A stretch of 64,000 nt of DNA, from contig NC_069000.1 of the NCBI RefSeq assembly GCF_001194135.2, positions 18,637,196 through 18,701,195 on the forward strand, given 5' to 3'. Positions within the stretch are counted from its first letter, which is position 1. Every line of letters starts with the position of its first letter. The stretch comes from Octopus bimaculoides (Eukaryota). A model generated the notes under the pieces. It saw nothing but the letters and a program-made list of their open reading frames with translations, was not told the DNA's origin and made no database searches. The position numbers and the translations under genes were made by a program. Below, one piece after another: positions 10,822-24,444 of this stretch.

Positions 10822-10991
10822 CGATGATCTCAATATAAAGTAAATAACAAGGAATACTTTAAATGAATTCAATGTCTAACTTAACATATTTATTTGTTTA
10901 AGTGTTAACGAGTGGAAATTCTAGGTATATATCTTAATTGTCGATTAAGTAAGATAATAGCTATTTATATGCTATGCTTCACCTTACTGTC
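10121..10991. repeat. Long inverted repeat (arms about 10121-10320 and 10817-10991) enclosing RTE-SINE tails
   Basis: About 175 aligned nt with few mismatches and one indel of about 25 nt. Confidence 0.85.
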
Positions 10992-11275
10992 ACTATAGCC
11001 TTGTGAGTGGATTTGGTAGACGGAAACTGAAAGAAGCCCGTTGTATATATGTATATGTGTGTATATGTTTGTGTATCTGTGCTTGACAACCGAGGCTGGT
11101 GTGTTTATGTCCCCGTAACTTAGTGGTTCGGCAAAAGAGACTGATAGAATAGGTACTAGGCTTACAAAGAATAAGTCCTGGGGTCGATTTGCTCGACTAA
11201 AAGGCGGTGCTCCAGCATGGCCACAGCCAAATGACTGAAACGAGTAAAAGAGTAAATCTGTTTCAAATCTCACCC
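10992..11275 (+). mobile_element. OK-type SINE, head-truncated, little diverged
   Basis: ACTATAGCCTTGTGAGTGGATTTGGTAGACGGAAACTGAAAGAAGCCCG...GGCGGTGCTCCAGCATGGCC...GAGTAAAAGAGTAAA with CpGs retained. Confidence 0.85.
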
Positions 11276-11878
11276 TGATTTTAATGAAGTAGAAACACAT
11301 TGCATAACATAGTCCTTGCTTACTTGCTTAAAGTTGTCCCCTAGATCTGATGATCACCAAAGTTATCGTTGATATTCCTAAAATGATGGAGTGTTTGGCT
11401 GGAAACTGTTTAAATGCACATCTGCTCATTTAGGGATAACCTGGAGCTATACAGCAACAATTCTGTTTTCCAAATTGACAACTGCAAATTAGAGAGATAT
11501 ATTGTAGTAACAATGAGATGATGTAACTTCAGCGTTGCAATCTAGTGGAACACTTATTGAAGAATTGATGACAAGAATGAATATGAACCAGTACTAGTAA
11601 TGGGATTACGATGAGGTACTACTTAGATTACAATGAAGTACTTCTTATTTTTATTCTGGATACATTTACACATCTGCTTGCTCATGTCATTAGGAAAGAA
11701 TTACCTCTTTATGATCATAAAATAATTGTTATGTAACTTACACACTTCATTAACACTGTTTCTTTAATTTAAGCGTACATTTGAGTCTAGTAATTTAAAA
11801 TCTTTCTTGCTTCTTGTTATAATAGTTAAATTGACATTGTTATCTCCCTTTACTCTAGACACTGTTGTTCCTCGTATA

Positions 11879-12070
11879 TCTTAATATATAAAGCTGAAGT
11901 TGTGTGTCTGTGTGAAGCCTTTTTAAAAGTTTATAGAAATCCACATTTTCCACTTTTTTGTAAAAATTTTTACATCAATGGAATTTTCTCGATGTGAACT
12001 TTCCGGTGCAGTAATTATAAATATATAAAATTGTGTGATTATTTGATTCAGGAGTTAGGGGTTCAATACT
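11879..12070 (+). mobile_element. Possible non-autonomous Helitron 5' end
   Basis: A|TCTTAATATATAAAGCTGAAGTTGTGTGTCTG resembles the start at 63623; no matching 3' CTAG end found. Confidence 0.35.
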
Positions 12071-12346
12071 TCATTTTACTAAATGTAAAATTACTTTAGT
12101 GCCAGTCTTATGGTTTTATTGAAAACTATATCCTAGTATATGACTGGTACTTTAGTTTTATCAATCCCAGAATGATGAAAGTCAGCATTCACTCAATCAG
12201 GATTTGAAATCAAAATGTAAAACAACAAAAGTAAATACTGTAAAGTATTTTTTCTCATTGTTCCACTACCCATTCTGCCATCCACCACAATTTACTACTA
12301 CTACTACCACTAAGCCAAAAGAATAAATCCCTCGTTTTATAAATAA

Positions 12347-12675
12347 CTAGCAGCTAAGCCTGGTTTCACTCGGTCAGAGAGCGATGCGAAGAGAGAAACG
12401 AAGACATTAAAAAGAGGAAGAAGTGGATACAAAGTGGTGTTTGGGTGACGGATCTTGGTAGAAAAAAAAAGAATGTCATGGTGAGTTAGTAAGGAGAGCA
12501 AAGCAAGACTGGACTTACGTGGGCTGACAGGACGATGAAAAAATTGCGGAGTTGAAATTGGAGCAGTTGAAGTTGCCGTTGTTATCATTAGAGTGCCTCT
12601 TGGTAGACAACATTCTTTGTCCTTTCCTCAGGTGCGCAAATAGAAAGACCCTGGAGACAGCCAACATACAGTTGT
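12347..12675 (-). mobile_element. Possible non-autonomous Helitron 3' end, running into an N gap
   Basis: Minus strand ends CCGAGTGAAACCAGG-CTTAGCTG-CTAG|T: decayed subterminal hairpin, CTAG terminus and T target. Confidence 0.45.
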
Positions 12676-13384
12676 NNNNNNNNNNNNNNNNNNNNNNNNN
12701 NNNNNNNNNNNNNNNNNNNNNNNNNNNNNNNNNNNNNNNNNNNNNNNNNNNNNNNNNNNNNNNNNNNNNNNNNNNNNNNNNNNNNNNNNNNNNNNNNNNN
12801 NNNNNNNNNNNNNNNNNNNNNNNNNNNNNNNNNNNNNNNNNNNNNNNNNNNNNNNNNNNNNNNNNNNNNNNNNNNNNNNNNNNNNNNNNNNNNNNNNNNN
12901 NNNNNNNNNNNNNNNNNNNNNNNNNNNNNNNNNNNNNNNNNNNNNNNNNNNNNNNNNNNNNNNNNNNNNNNNNNNNNNNNNNNNNNNNNNNNNNNNNNNN
13001 NNNNNNNNNNNNNNNNNNNNNNNNNNNNNNNNNNNNNNNNNNNNNNNNNNNNNNNNNNNNNNNNNNNNNNNNNNNNNNNNNNNNNNNNNNNNNNNNNNNN
13101 NNNNNNNNNNNNNNNNNNNNNNNNNNNNNNNNNNNNNNNNNNNNNNNNNNNNNNNNNNNNNNNNNNNNNNNNNNNNNNNNNNNNNNNNNNNNNNNNNNNN
13201 NNNNNNNNNNNNNNNNNNNNNNNNNNNNNNNNNNNNNNNNNNNNNNNNNNNNNNNNNNNNNNNNNNNNNNNNNNNNNNNNNNNNNNNNNNNNNNNNNNNN
13301 NNNNNNNNNNNNNNNNNNNNNNNNNNNNNNNNNNNNNNNNNNNNNNNNNNNNNNNNNTTTTTCAGATTAACACCCGCACGATTA

Positions 13385-13537
13385 CCCAACCCTAATCCTA
13401 ACACTAACCCTAACATTAACCCTAAACCCTAACCCTAAAACCCTAACCCTGACCCTAAAACCGTAACACTAACCCTAACCATAACCCTAAACCCTAAATC
13501 CTAACCCTGACCCTAAAACCCTAACCCTAACACCCTA
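13385..13537 (-). repeat. Interstitial telomere-like (TTAGGG)n variant array (CCCTAA on + strand)
   Basis: About 20 degenerate CCCTAA/CCCTAAA/CCCTGA units next to an N gap. Confidence 0.85.
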
Positions 13538-14239
13538 GTGAAAATCGTCGTATATTTACAAAATATTGACGAACATGAGTTATATTTTACTGAATGATTG
13601 TGTACTTGCATGTGTATGCGTTTGAGAGAGCAAGAGAGGAAGAGGTAGGGAGAGGGGGAGAAAGGGCTAGAGGTAGTTAAAAGTTTTCTTATGACGGCTT
13701 CTCTTCACTGCCTATTACTTCATTAGAAATCTATGGATTTGTGTGTGTGTACGTGTGTGTGTGTGATGTAAAGGAATTTATATGAACAGAATTAGAGCAT
13801 TTGTGTAAAGTAAAATATACATACTGATATAGCATCATCATCATCATCATTTTATACTCAGTTTGTGCAGGTAAAAGATGTGTTGTTATAGTTTGAGTTA
13901 GTTCTTATTGGCCTCACTCATATATTTCAAAAACAAAATGTGTGAACAAGATGGTTTGAGGACCATGTATCACTTATACTTTCCATTTTAACATGGTTTC
14001 TATGGCCAAATGCCCTTCCTAACATCAACCACTTTACAGGGTGTAGTGGGTGTATTTTTATCTGAGCACAGCACTAGAAAGATTGCCTTGTTTCCAGACA
14101 AAACTGAAGGTCCTCCCTACTCCATATTGTTTCCACTTGTTCTGAGCAATATGATAGAGAGGACCATAGAAGAAGGAATGGTAAAAGAGAAAGAATGAGG
14201 ATGAGAATGTGTTAGAAGAAAGACTAAGATGTTAAACCT

Positions 14240-14450
14240 GTCACCTAACTTTAGGTGCACAACCCAATGTTGGATATGTCACATAATATTAGCCCTGTCA
14301 CCCCATATTAGTCTTATCACCCAATGTCAGCCCTTATGACTCAATGTTAACCCTATTACCCAATATTAGTTCCCCTTACCAATGTTAACTCTACTAATCA
14401 CTGTTAATTCAAATACATTATGTTAGGATCTACTAACCAATATTAACCAT
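14240..14450. repeat. Degenerate minisatellite of about 19-20 bp (CCCAATATTAGCCCT...)
   Basis: CCAAT(A/G)TTA(G/A) core recurs about 9 times. Confidence 0.6.
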
Positions 14451-14564
14451 ATCATAGCTGGCAAGCAGGCCAAATCATTAGCACAATGGACAAAATGTGT
14501 AATGGAATTTCTTTCAGCTTTATGCTCTGAGTTCAAACTCTGCAGATGTCAACTTTGCCTTTAA

Positions 14565-14785
14565 CCCTTTAGCATTCAGATTACTTTGTCAAAAGTGATG
14601 TTTATTTATTCACATTTCTTAAATTTAATCATGTATTATCTTGTAGCTTCAACATTTTGAGGATGTGATTGTTTATTTTTAGATAACATTGTAGGGTAGG
14701 TGTGAGAAGCTGAATTTGGCTAGTTTCAACATAAAATATGTAGAATATTTTGGCCAGATATATAGATGGTTTAAATGCTAAAGGG
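14565..14785 (+). mobile_element. piggyBac-like MITE (221 bp) with TTAA TSD
   Basis: TTAA|CCCTTTAGCATT ... AATGCTAAAGGG|TTAA (TSD 14561-14564 and 14786-14789); further copies at about 23985-24444 (-), 24629-24755 (-) and 54358-54567 (+). Confidence 0.8.
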
Positions 14786-15429
14786 TTAAGGTAGTGAGCT
14801 GACAGAATTGTTAGCATACTGGGTAAAATGCTTTGTGGTATTTCGTCCATCTTTATTTTCTTAGTTCAAATGCTACCAGGCTCAGTTTTGCCTTTCGACC
14901 TTTCGAGGTCTATAAGATAAGTACCAGTTGAACATTGGGGTTGATGTAATTGACTTACTTGCTCCCCGAAATTTCTGGCATCCATCATCATCATCATCAT
15001 CATTTAACGTCCGTCGTCCATGCTGGCATGGGTTGGACAGTTTGACCAGTGCTGACAAACTGGGGAACTGCACTAGACCCCAGTTTAATTTGGCATGGTT
15101 TCTATGGCTGGATTCTCTTCCTAATGTAAAGCATCCAACACACCTTACAGAGTGTGCTGGTTACTTTTACATGGTACTGCATGGGTGCTTCTACGTGACC
15201 AAAATTTGAAACCAGAATTAGCCACATCATCCAATGTTAGCTCCATTACTTAATGTCATTCCTGACATCCAAAAGTTTCAAAGTGACAGTCAATATTTGT
15301 AAACTAATGGCATCATTTTTTATTTTCATATAAGAAAACAGAAAACCCATTCTGTAAGATTGACATTTTGGCAGTTTGTTTCATGAGTTTGGTCATTGAA
15401 TCTTATTATTATTATTTGTTTCTCACTAG

Positions 15430-16248
<819 letters not shown>

Positions 16249-16363
16249 CCTTCTTCTGTTATTCATTTAAAAAAAAAAATTATTGAATGAACAGCACCTG
16301 TTTATCTGCCCACAAGCACTCAGGCTGTCTGTCTTTGTCTGTCTGTCTGTTTTTGCCTGTTTG

Positions 16364-16395
<32 letters not shown>

Positions 16396-17734
16396 CCCAC
16401 TACTCATATAAAAATGTAACTCATCAGCCGTGATTATGAGTATTCCACCTTTCTAAGCAAATGAACTTTTTATTCATTGAGTCATAGCATAACTGTCTGA
16501 GTATACCACAAGTACTTGTCTTGTTAACATAACCCTCAAGCAATATCAGCATGCCACTGTGTGTGTGTGTGTGTGTGTCAGAGCTGGGCCCTTTAAATTA
16601 CTCCATCAGACAGGTATATATGTAGTTTCTATCTACCTAGTTTTCCATCTACCTAGTTTCCCCTTGAAAACAAGGTTTGGACTGAAGGTAGACACAGAAG
16701 GTGCTACACAGTGGAAATGGTATTCTTTTACATGGTGGGTGTGAAAAGACTGTTGAAGCCACCTATAAAATTAAAGTAATAAATTCTGTTAATCAGAAGT
16801 TGAGTTAAATAGGTGCAGGCATGGCTGTGTGGTTTAGAAGTTCTCTTCCAAACAATAAGGCTTCATGTTCAGTTCCAGTGTGTGGTACCTAAGGAAAGTA
16901 TCTTCTACTATAGCTTTTGGGGTTGACANNNNNNNNNNNNNNNNNNNNNNNNNNNNNNNNNNNNNNNNNNNNNNNNNNNNNNNNNNNNNNNNNNNNNNNN
17001 NNNNNNNNNNNNNNNNNNNNNNNNNNNNNNNNNNNNNNNNNNNNNNNNNNNNNNNNNNNNNNNNNNNNNNNNNNNNNNNNNNNNNNNNNNNNNNNNNNNN
17101 NNNNNNNNNNNNNNNNNNNNNNNNNNNNNNNNNNNNNNNNNNNNNNNNNNNNNNNNNNNNNNNNNNNNNNNNNNNNNNNNNNNNNNNNNNNNNNNNNNNN
17201 NNNNNNNNNNNNNNNNNNNNNNNNNNNNNNNNNNNNNNNNNNNNNNNNNNNNNNNNNNNNNNNNNNNNNNNNNNNNNNNNNNNNNNNNNNNNNNNNNNNN
17301 NNNNNNNNNNNNNNNNNNNNNNNNNNNNNNNNNNNNNNNNNNNNNNNNNNNNNNNNNNNNNNNNNNNNNNNNNNNNNNNNNNNNNNNNNNNNNNNNNNNN
17401 NNNNNNNNNNNNNNNNNNNNNNNNNNNNNNNNNNNNNNNNNNNNNNNNNNNNNNNNNNNNNNNNNNNNNNNNNNNNNNNNNNNNNNNNNNNNNNNNNNNN
17501 NNNNNNNNNNNNNNNNNNNNNNNNNNNNNNNNNNNNNNNNNNNNNNNNNNNNNNNNNNNNNNNNNNNNNNNNNNNNNNNNNNNNNNNNNNNNNNNNNNNN
17601 NNNNNNNNNNNNNNNNNNNNNNNNNNNNNNNNNNNNNNNNNNNNNNNNNNNNNNNNNNNNNNNNNNNNNNNNNNNNNNNNNNNNNNNNNNATATATATAT
17701 ATTTAATTATATGTATTTATTTTCTCCTAATTAA

Positions 17735-17965
17735 GAATAATTCAGATAAAATAAATGGGTTAATAGAAACCAGGGTAGCAAAGATCACAAAATAACTGTA
17801 GTGTAACTCCTGTTTGTGAGGCAGAAACTCCTTGATATTTTGGGTATTTGAGTATATATAAATTTAAAGAATGGAATAAACGCATGTTATAACTGCATAC
17901 TTTTATTCCAACATATGTTTCGAAGAATTACAATTTATGCGATCCATAGGAATCAGCGATGTTAA
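17735..17965 (-). repeat. Dispersed AT-rich repeat containing TTCGAAACATATGTTGG (possible Penelope-type terminal repeat)
   Basis: The reverse complement of about 17845-17930 recurs at about 21068-21155; family assignment is inferred. Confidence 0.5.
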
Positions 17966-19915
17966 AAAAAAAAATATATATATATAGATGTGATCCAAAA
18001 ATCTTCAGTATAGGAAACACTTAGTAATGCTCAAATGATTTGAACCTATACTCCAAAATTATTACCAAGGACCAAGTCTGTGGAGTAAAGAGTGGCTATA
18101 AGAGGAATCCAGGTAAGCAGATATGGAGATAATGATGCAAATAAACAAATAAGACTGCTTGGGTTAGATATATGAAATATACATTGATGTATACATGTAA
18201 ATAGAGAGAAAGCAAAGACTGAACATTTTCAGACAATTAATATTCATGTGTAATTATATAGATAGCTATTTAACAGAGCAAACTTACACAGAGTACAAAA
18301 ACACAGAAAAATTAAAGGGGAGAAGGTCTGGTGTTACAGGTCCAACTGCTGTTTCTGGGGACTCAGATTTAATTCATAATGTTAGCAGATGTAGTTCACA
18401 AAAATATGCAACCAGTAACAGAAGCTAATAAACATTGGATAGATTTGGTTCTGTCTTCAGGGTGGAGAGATAAGAATCTAGTATTTCAAATCATAATGCA
18501 AGGAAATTTAAAGGTAGAATGGGTGAAGAGGAAGGCAAGCAGTAGTGGAGGGAGGAAGTAAGTAGTTTGATGGTAGTGTGGGGGGTATTGAAGCAAGCTT
18601 GCTTCAATACTCCCCACTCAGTAGTTGTAAAGAAGCATACCGTCAGACAAGTGGTGTTCTTTGTTTCCAATCTTCTGTGAAACATGTGTCTGGTCATGGA
18701 GAAATATGATTTTCATTGGAAACTGGTGGAAGTTGGCAACTGGAAGGATATCTGGCTGTAGCAAAGTGGGCCCCAATGGATTCCATCTGACCCATGCAAG
18801 CATGGAAAGGTGAAAGCTAACCAATGATAGTAGAAGTTATATACCTCCTAGAAAGTTCCCAGTCTTGCTGTATATCTGTGTCTTACAGTGGTGACAGAAC
18901 TTGTAAGTGTTCATTGTGTATTGGCTATAGAAAATAGTCCAATACTGGGGCATATAAGCCCTCAACAGAAAAAAATGGGAATCAGACCCACACCAATTAT
19001 TATTTACAAAATTTTTACTCATCAGCATTTCTCAATTTAATGCAGAATATATTGAATCATATCCATATGCTTTATAAATATTCTCGATCTCCTTATGAAG
19101 GTGGTTTCTGTCATCAAATCACAAGGCTTTCAGCTGCTTGTTCACTGCCAAAGTATATGTTTATTAAACATATGGATCATAAAGTTTATTTGGATAACCC
19201 TACTTGTTAGCTGCCTTCCCACCATATAACCATCACATTGTGTCATGGTGACATCAATGCTTTCACTTTCTATAAAACTCCCTGTTTTTATTTACATTCA
19301 CAATGAGGGTAACATTTATACCTTGCTGTCTTAAGACTACCGTTGTGAACCCCTTGCTAGTGAAGCTACTTCTTACATCATTGAGATACATAGCTTCTTA
19401 GCAATAGTGAGGGCAGCCAGCCTAATGTTTAGGATATTCCAAACAAACTCATTAGAAGAAAGAATGAAGACTGATAGAAGGTAGAAGCCTGTCTATTACC
19501 AGTGGCATGAGAAAATGCACTCAGTCCATTGTGTAAAGTGAAGAAGCAGGGTAGCTTTTAGTCTTATTGGAGATAATCTGTCTAGTACTAGTGACACAGT
19601 AACTGTTATAAAGTGGCTGGTGATGAGAAAGATATGAAATTTTGTCAAAAATGTTCAAAGTAAACTGTGTTCTGTGTGAGAAATTACACCAGTATACAAG
19701 TTTCAAACTGTTTAATTAAAAAAATTAATTAAAAAATCTGTGAGCCAAAATGAACAGATCCAGATAGGATTCCAACTACAACTATAAATAAAAATTACAC
19801 AATAACAAAGATGACTGTTTTTTCTCTGTTGCTTAGTTGTTCAAGAAAGGAAGGGTCATGAATGAAAGACTAGACACTGTGTGGACCTGTCCAACTCATG
19901 CCAACGTGTAGTACA

Positions 19916-20157
19916 GTGGAGGCACATGGCTTAGTGGTTAGGGTGTTGGACTCATGATCATAAGACTGTGGTTTCGATTCCTAGATTTGTATTCTTGAGC
20001 AAAACACTTCATTTCACATTGCTCCAGTCCGCTCAGCTGGCAAAAATGAGTAATCCTACGATGGACCAGTATCCCATCCAAGTGGGGAATATATATGCCA
20101 TGAAACCAGGGAAACTGGCCCTCATGAGTAAGTATGACTCAAGAAGGTAACTTTATT
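19916..20157 (+). mobile_element. tRNA-derived SINE with conserved central domain (second family)
   Basis: Box A/B-like head GGCTTAGTGG..GGTTTCGATTCC, core TTTCACATTGCTCCAGTCC.CTCAGCTGG; copies at 22128-22374 (-) and 34903-35228 (+). Confidence 0.75.
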
Positions 20158-21239
20158 AATATGTAACACTCCTTCCCAACATATGACGATAATGATGGTG
20201 GTGATGACGAAGAGGGTGGCAGCAGCAGCAGCAGTGGTGATTTGTCCCAAGGCAGTCTTTCCTATATATTGCATATCGTTTCAACAACAGTGTCTTACTA
20301 CATTGGAAGTTAGTACTTTAATGACATTGGGGTCGGGGTGGGGACACACACAGCTGATTACACATATAATCATCTGTTGTAATGTAATTAACATTTATGA
20401 ATCATATCTTGTATGTATGTATATGTTATTCTTTTACTTGTTTCAGTCAGTTGGCTGTGGCCATGCTGGAGCACTGCCTTGAAGGGTTTTAGTTGAACAA
20501 ATCGACCCCAGGATTTATTTTTTTTAACCCTAGTACTTATTCTATCAGTGTCTTTTGCTGAACCGCTAGGTTACAGGGATGTAAACACACCAACACCAGT
20601 TGTCAGGTAGTGTGGTGGGACAAACACAAACATAAAGACTCGCACATAAATACATACATACATACATACATACATACATACATGTATATATNNNNNNNNN
20701 NNNNNNNNNNNNNNNNNNNNNNNNNNNNNNNNNNNNNNNNNNNNNNNNNNNNNNNNNNNNNNNNNNNNNNNNNNNNNNNNNNATATATATATATATATAC
20801 GGTTTAGGAGGGCCTACATTGACCACGGGCACTACCCCCGTCTTCCACACCGAGCAAGTAAAAACAAAACTGCACTTAGACACACACACTCAGATACACA
20901 CTCATACACAAACATACACATACGCAGGCGTGGCCATGTGGCAAGAAGTTTGCTTCCCAACCACATCGTTTGGGATTCAGTCCCATTGTGTGACACCTTG
21001 AACAAGTGTCTTCTACTATAGCCTTGAGCCGACCAAAGCCTTGTGAGTGGATTTAGAAGATGGAAACTGATTCTTCGAAACATATGTTGGAAATAAAAGT
21101 ATGCAGTTAACATATGTGTTTTACTCCATTCATTAAATTTATACTCAAGTACCCCGTGGTCAATGTAGGCCCTCCTAAACCAGTGAGATTGATGCCATTA
21201 ATGTTCCTCTTGACCCTTTGTAAGTCAACATCTGTGAGT

Positions 21240-21490
21240 AAGACATGAGACAGGAAGGAATTCTTGAGGGCTACTGTTATGGAAAGGAAGGATTTGGTAG
21301 TGTGATAATGCAGGGCCAGATGGCACAAGGACAATAAGAGGAGGAAAGATGAGTTGGATGGGAAGACCTGACAGATGACATGAGCCAGCTGGTCCTTAGG
21401 AGCAGAGACCATTATAGTAGCAATAGAAAAGGGTGAAGGAGGAGCCAGAGGCTGAAGCATGACCATGAGTGACTTGATGTCTGTCAGCTG
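21240..21490 (+). mobile_element. Degenerate RTE (BovB-like) 3' coding end
   Basis: Remnant IMQGQM..G...R..W.D..TD pattern. Confidence 0.45.
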
Positions 21491-22127
21491 AGTGACCCTT
21501 TTCTAATTGCAGTCTAAAATATATGTGGGTATAGCAGTAGCATTGTCCCAGATGTGAAAGCAATGTATGTATAACTGTGTGTGTATATGTATGTATAGGC
21601 ATCCACATGCATATGTGTATATGCGTGTGCATGTATGTGTATGTATGAGTATGTTTATGAATGTGTCTATATATGTGTGCATATGTATGTGTGTGTGTGT
21701 GTGTGTGTGTCCTGTGTGTGTATGTGTGCTGGGTATGAGTGTGTGTATGTTTGTGTGTGTGTGTGTATGTATGTAGGTATGTATATGTGTGTATACATGT
21801 GTGTGCTTTATCAGTAACAAAAGGGCGACACAAAACCAATTGCTTGTGAATGTAATAATTATCTCAGTCCATGAGCAGGTTTATTATTAGAATCTGCAGA
21901 TTAATGCAGATTTCACACCTAAAATACCACAACATCAGTAATGACTGAGTAGATCTGTGATCAAAAGCATTCCAGTTATCATCACCTTGTCTTGTGTCCT
22001 GCACTTTGTTTAAAAATAGTGAGGTGTGGGTTGTGGAAAATTGGCTGCTATTCCTGGCAGGTCAAATGACCATGTAGAGGCTCCCTTATTGGCTTGTAAC
22101 ATACATAAACCTTAAAAAATAAAAGAT

Positions 22128-22374
22128 AAATGACTCCTTCTCGAGTCATATAGATTCATAGCACTGGTTTCCTGGATTTTGTGGTATATGTAGTCCCCCT
22201 GGATAGGATGATGGTCTGTTGCAGGATTACTCCTTTTTACCAGCTGAGTGGACTGGAGCAACAGGAGATGACGTGTTTTGCTTAAGAACATAATACATCT
22301 CCTAGCCAGGAATCAAAACCACAATCTTACAATCATGAGTCCAACACCCTAACCACTAAGTCATGTGCCTCCAC
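22128..22374 (-). mobile_element. tRNA-derived SINE, inverted relative to the 19916 copy
   Basis: Reverse complement aligns along its length with 19916-20157. Confidence 0.75.
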
Positions 22375-22706
22375 ATACATAAACCCTAATAACAGGAAAC
22401 CTCTACACATGTCATGCAGGGTTGCTCAACATGCTAGAAATAATAAGCAAGTCTCCCTCAAACAGCACCCTACCTCTTTCAAAAATGACACATTGCATAA
22501 TGTCATCCAAAGTTCACTACTGCTGCTGGAAACAAAAATGGTATGGTCATGAATGCTCTGGCTCTAGGTTTGTTCAATCAGGGCAATAACAATAGATGAC
22601 TTTCACAACCGAAATTCTTTAACAAAGCAGTGCAGTCAAGATGCACCTCTCTTCACAATAACCTTGTTTCTTATTGTTTTTGTTACGCATGCACTCAACA
22701 TAACTG

Positions 22707-22750
<44 letters not shown>

Positions 22751-23532
22751 GTAAACTTTCAACTTTAACCTTAGTATTAATTTGTTTGAAATGTTGGCAT
22801 TAAGTTAACATTGACCTTTTACATCCAATGTTATAGCACAAATTACAAAGTTGACTGGATTGGTGATGGTAGGGTTTGTTCTCACAAAACTTCATGTCTA
22901 ATGCAGAAGTGAGTCTGGTGGTATGTATGTTTGTGTTTGTTTGTACACGCGCATGTGTGTGTGTGATGAAATAATTATCTACTACAAGCTTCACTTCCAT
23001 CAATAGTCAGCCATAGCTGGCCACCTTTTCAACTTGGCTGCTTCATGGATAAATATATAAAAAACAAAATATATAAACACTCATACACATATGCACTTTC
23101 AGTCTCACAAATATTGATGCACACACTCATATTCATATGAACACACAAACACACATACACAGTCATTTGGACAGAGTGACACAAGCAGACAAAGAAGTCA
23201 TTAGGACAGAGTGACACAAGCAGACAAAGAAGATACCTCACACACACACATGCACACACACACACACACATGCACACACACAGACACATGCACACACACA
23301 CACATGCACACACACACATGCACACACACACATACAATGACATTCAAATGCATATAAATAAATACATTCATATACATGTACTTAATTTCTTATATGTACT
23401 TATATGCCTACACACATACACACACACACACACACAAGCATATGTGCACATGTACACATTCATTTTAACATTTACAACTTGTTTATTTGTTCCTTCTTCA
23501 GCAAATGTAAATATTTAATGCAGTTTAATACA

Positions 23533-23563
<31 letters not shown>

Positions 23564-23984
23564 CATATTTACCTGTCAAAACATCTTGTAATACAATCAC
23601 ATACACAATGGAAAGCGACTTCTGTTCAGTGTGACATGCTATGTTCTTTCATCACAGACCTAGACTCTTCAAAACAATACTCACTAAAACTAAATGCACA
23701 CTATAAACTTCTCTGGTACTGAGAAGAAGAGCATTGGTGCTTGTGATCCTTGCAGGCTCCTCACAGGGTGTTGGGATGGATATGAATGGTATTCAGAGAA
23801 AATGGGTGTGTGGAGGTGATTCTAGAAGTTCAGTAGAGGAAGAATTGGTTAAATAGTAAGTCCTCTGATTGACGGAGGCTTACACTGCGAAAGCTGGATC
23901 TGTAGGTCACTCCTAAGCCGCCAAATCTCCTTCAAATTGCATCCCATGGTCTTATAATGAAACCAGGACACATTTATATTTTAA

Positions 23985-24069
23985 CATTTAAACTGGCCAT
24001 ATATTCTTCCTGTTTTATGTTCAAGCTGACCAAATCTGGCCTGTCACACCTCCCCATTCTAAAAATCAT

Positions 24070-24131
<62 letters not shown>

Positions 24132-24444
24132 TCAACGTCTGTTTTCCGTGCTGGTATGGGTTGGACAGTTTGACCAGAGCTGGCAAGCTGGAGGTTCCAG
24201 TCTGATTTGACTTGGTCTCTACAGTTGGATACCCTTCCTAACACCAACCACTTTCCAGAGTATGCTGGATGCTATTAAATGGTGCCAACACAGGTGCTTT
24301 TTACATGGCACTGGCATGGGTGTCTTTTACTTGGGACTGGCACAGAGCACCATCGAAATCCCAATGCTATGAGATAATGCATGATTAATTCAAAACAATG
24401 TGAATAAATATTGCATTTAAGAGAGTAATCTGAATGCTAAAGAG
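23985..24444 (-). mobile_element. piggyBac-like MITE interrupted by an RTE-tailed SINE (about 24068-24360)
   Basis: MITE halves flank a (CAT)n-tailed insertion; right end AATGCTAAAGAG|TTAA. Confidence 0.65.

Noticed and set aside
13385-13537. True chromosome end
   Set aside because: Short, degenerate and embedded within a continuous gene.
18040-19700. Possible old LINE coding remnants (RTE-like about 18040-18540; R4-like about 19430-19690)
   Set aside because: Too degenerate to assign by eye; no reliable motif run.
19916-19990. tRNA gene (also SINE heads at 34903, 39207 and 53400)
   Set aside because: Box A/B-like motifs only, no full cloverleaf, and continuous with SINE bodies.
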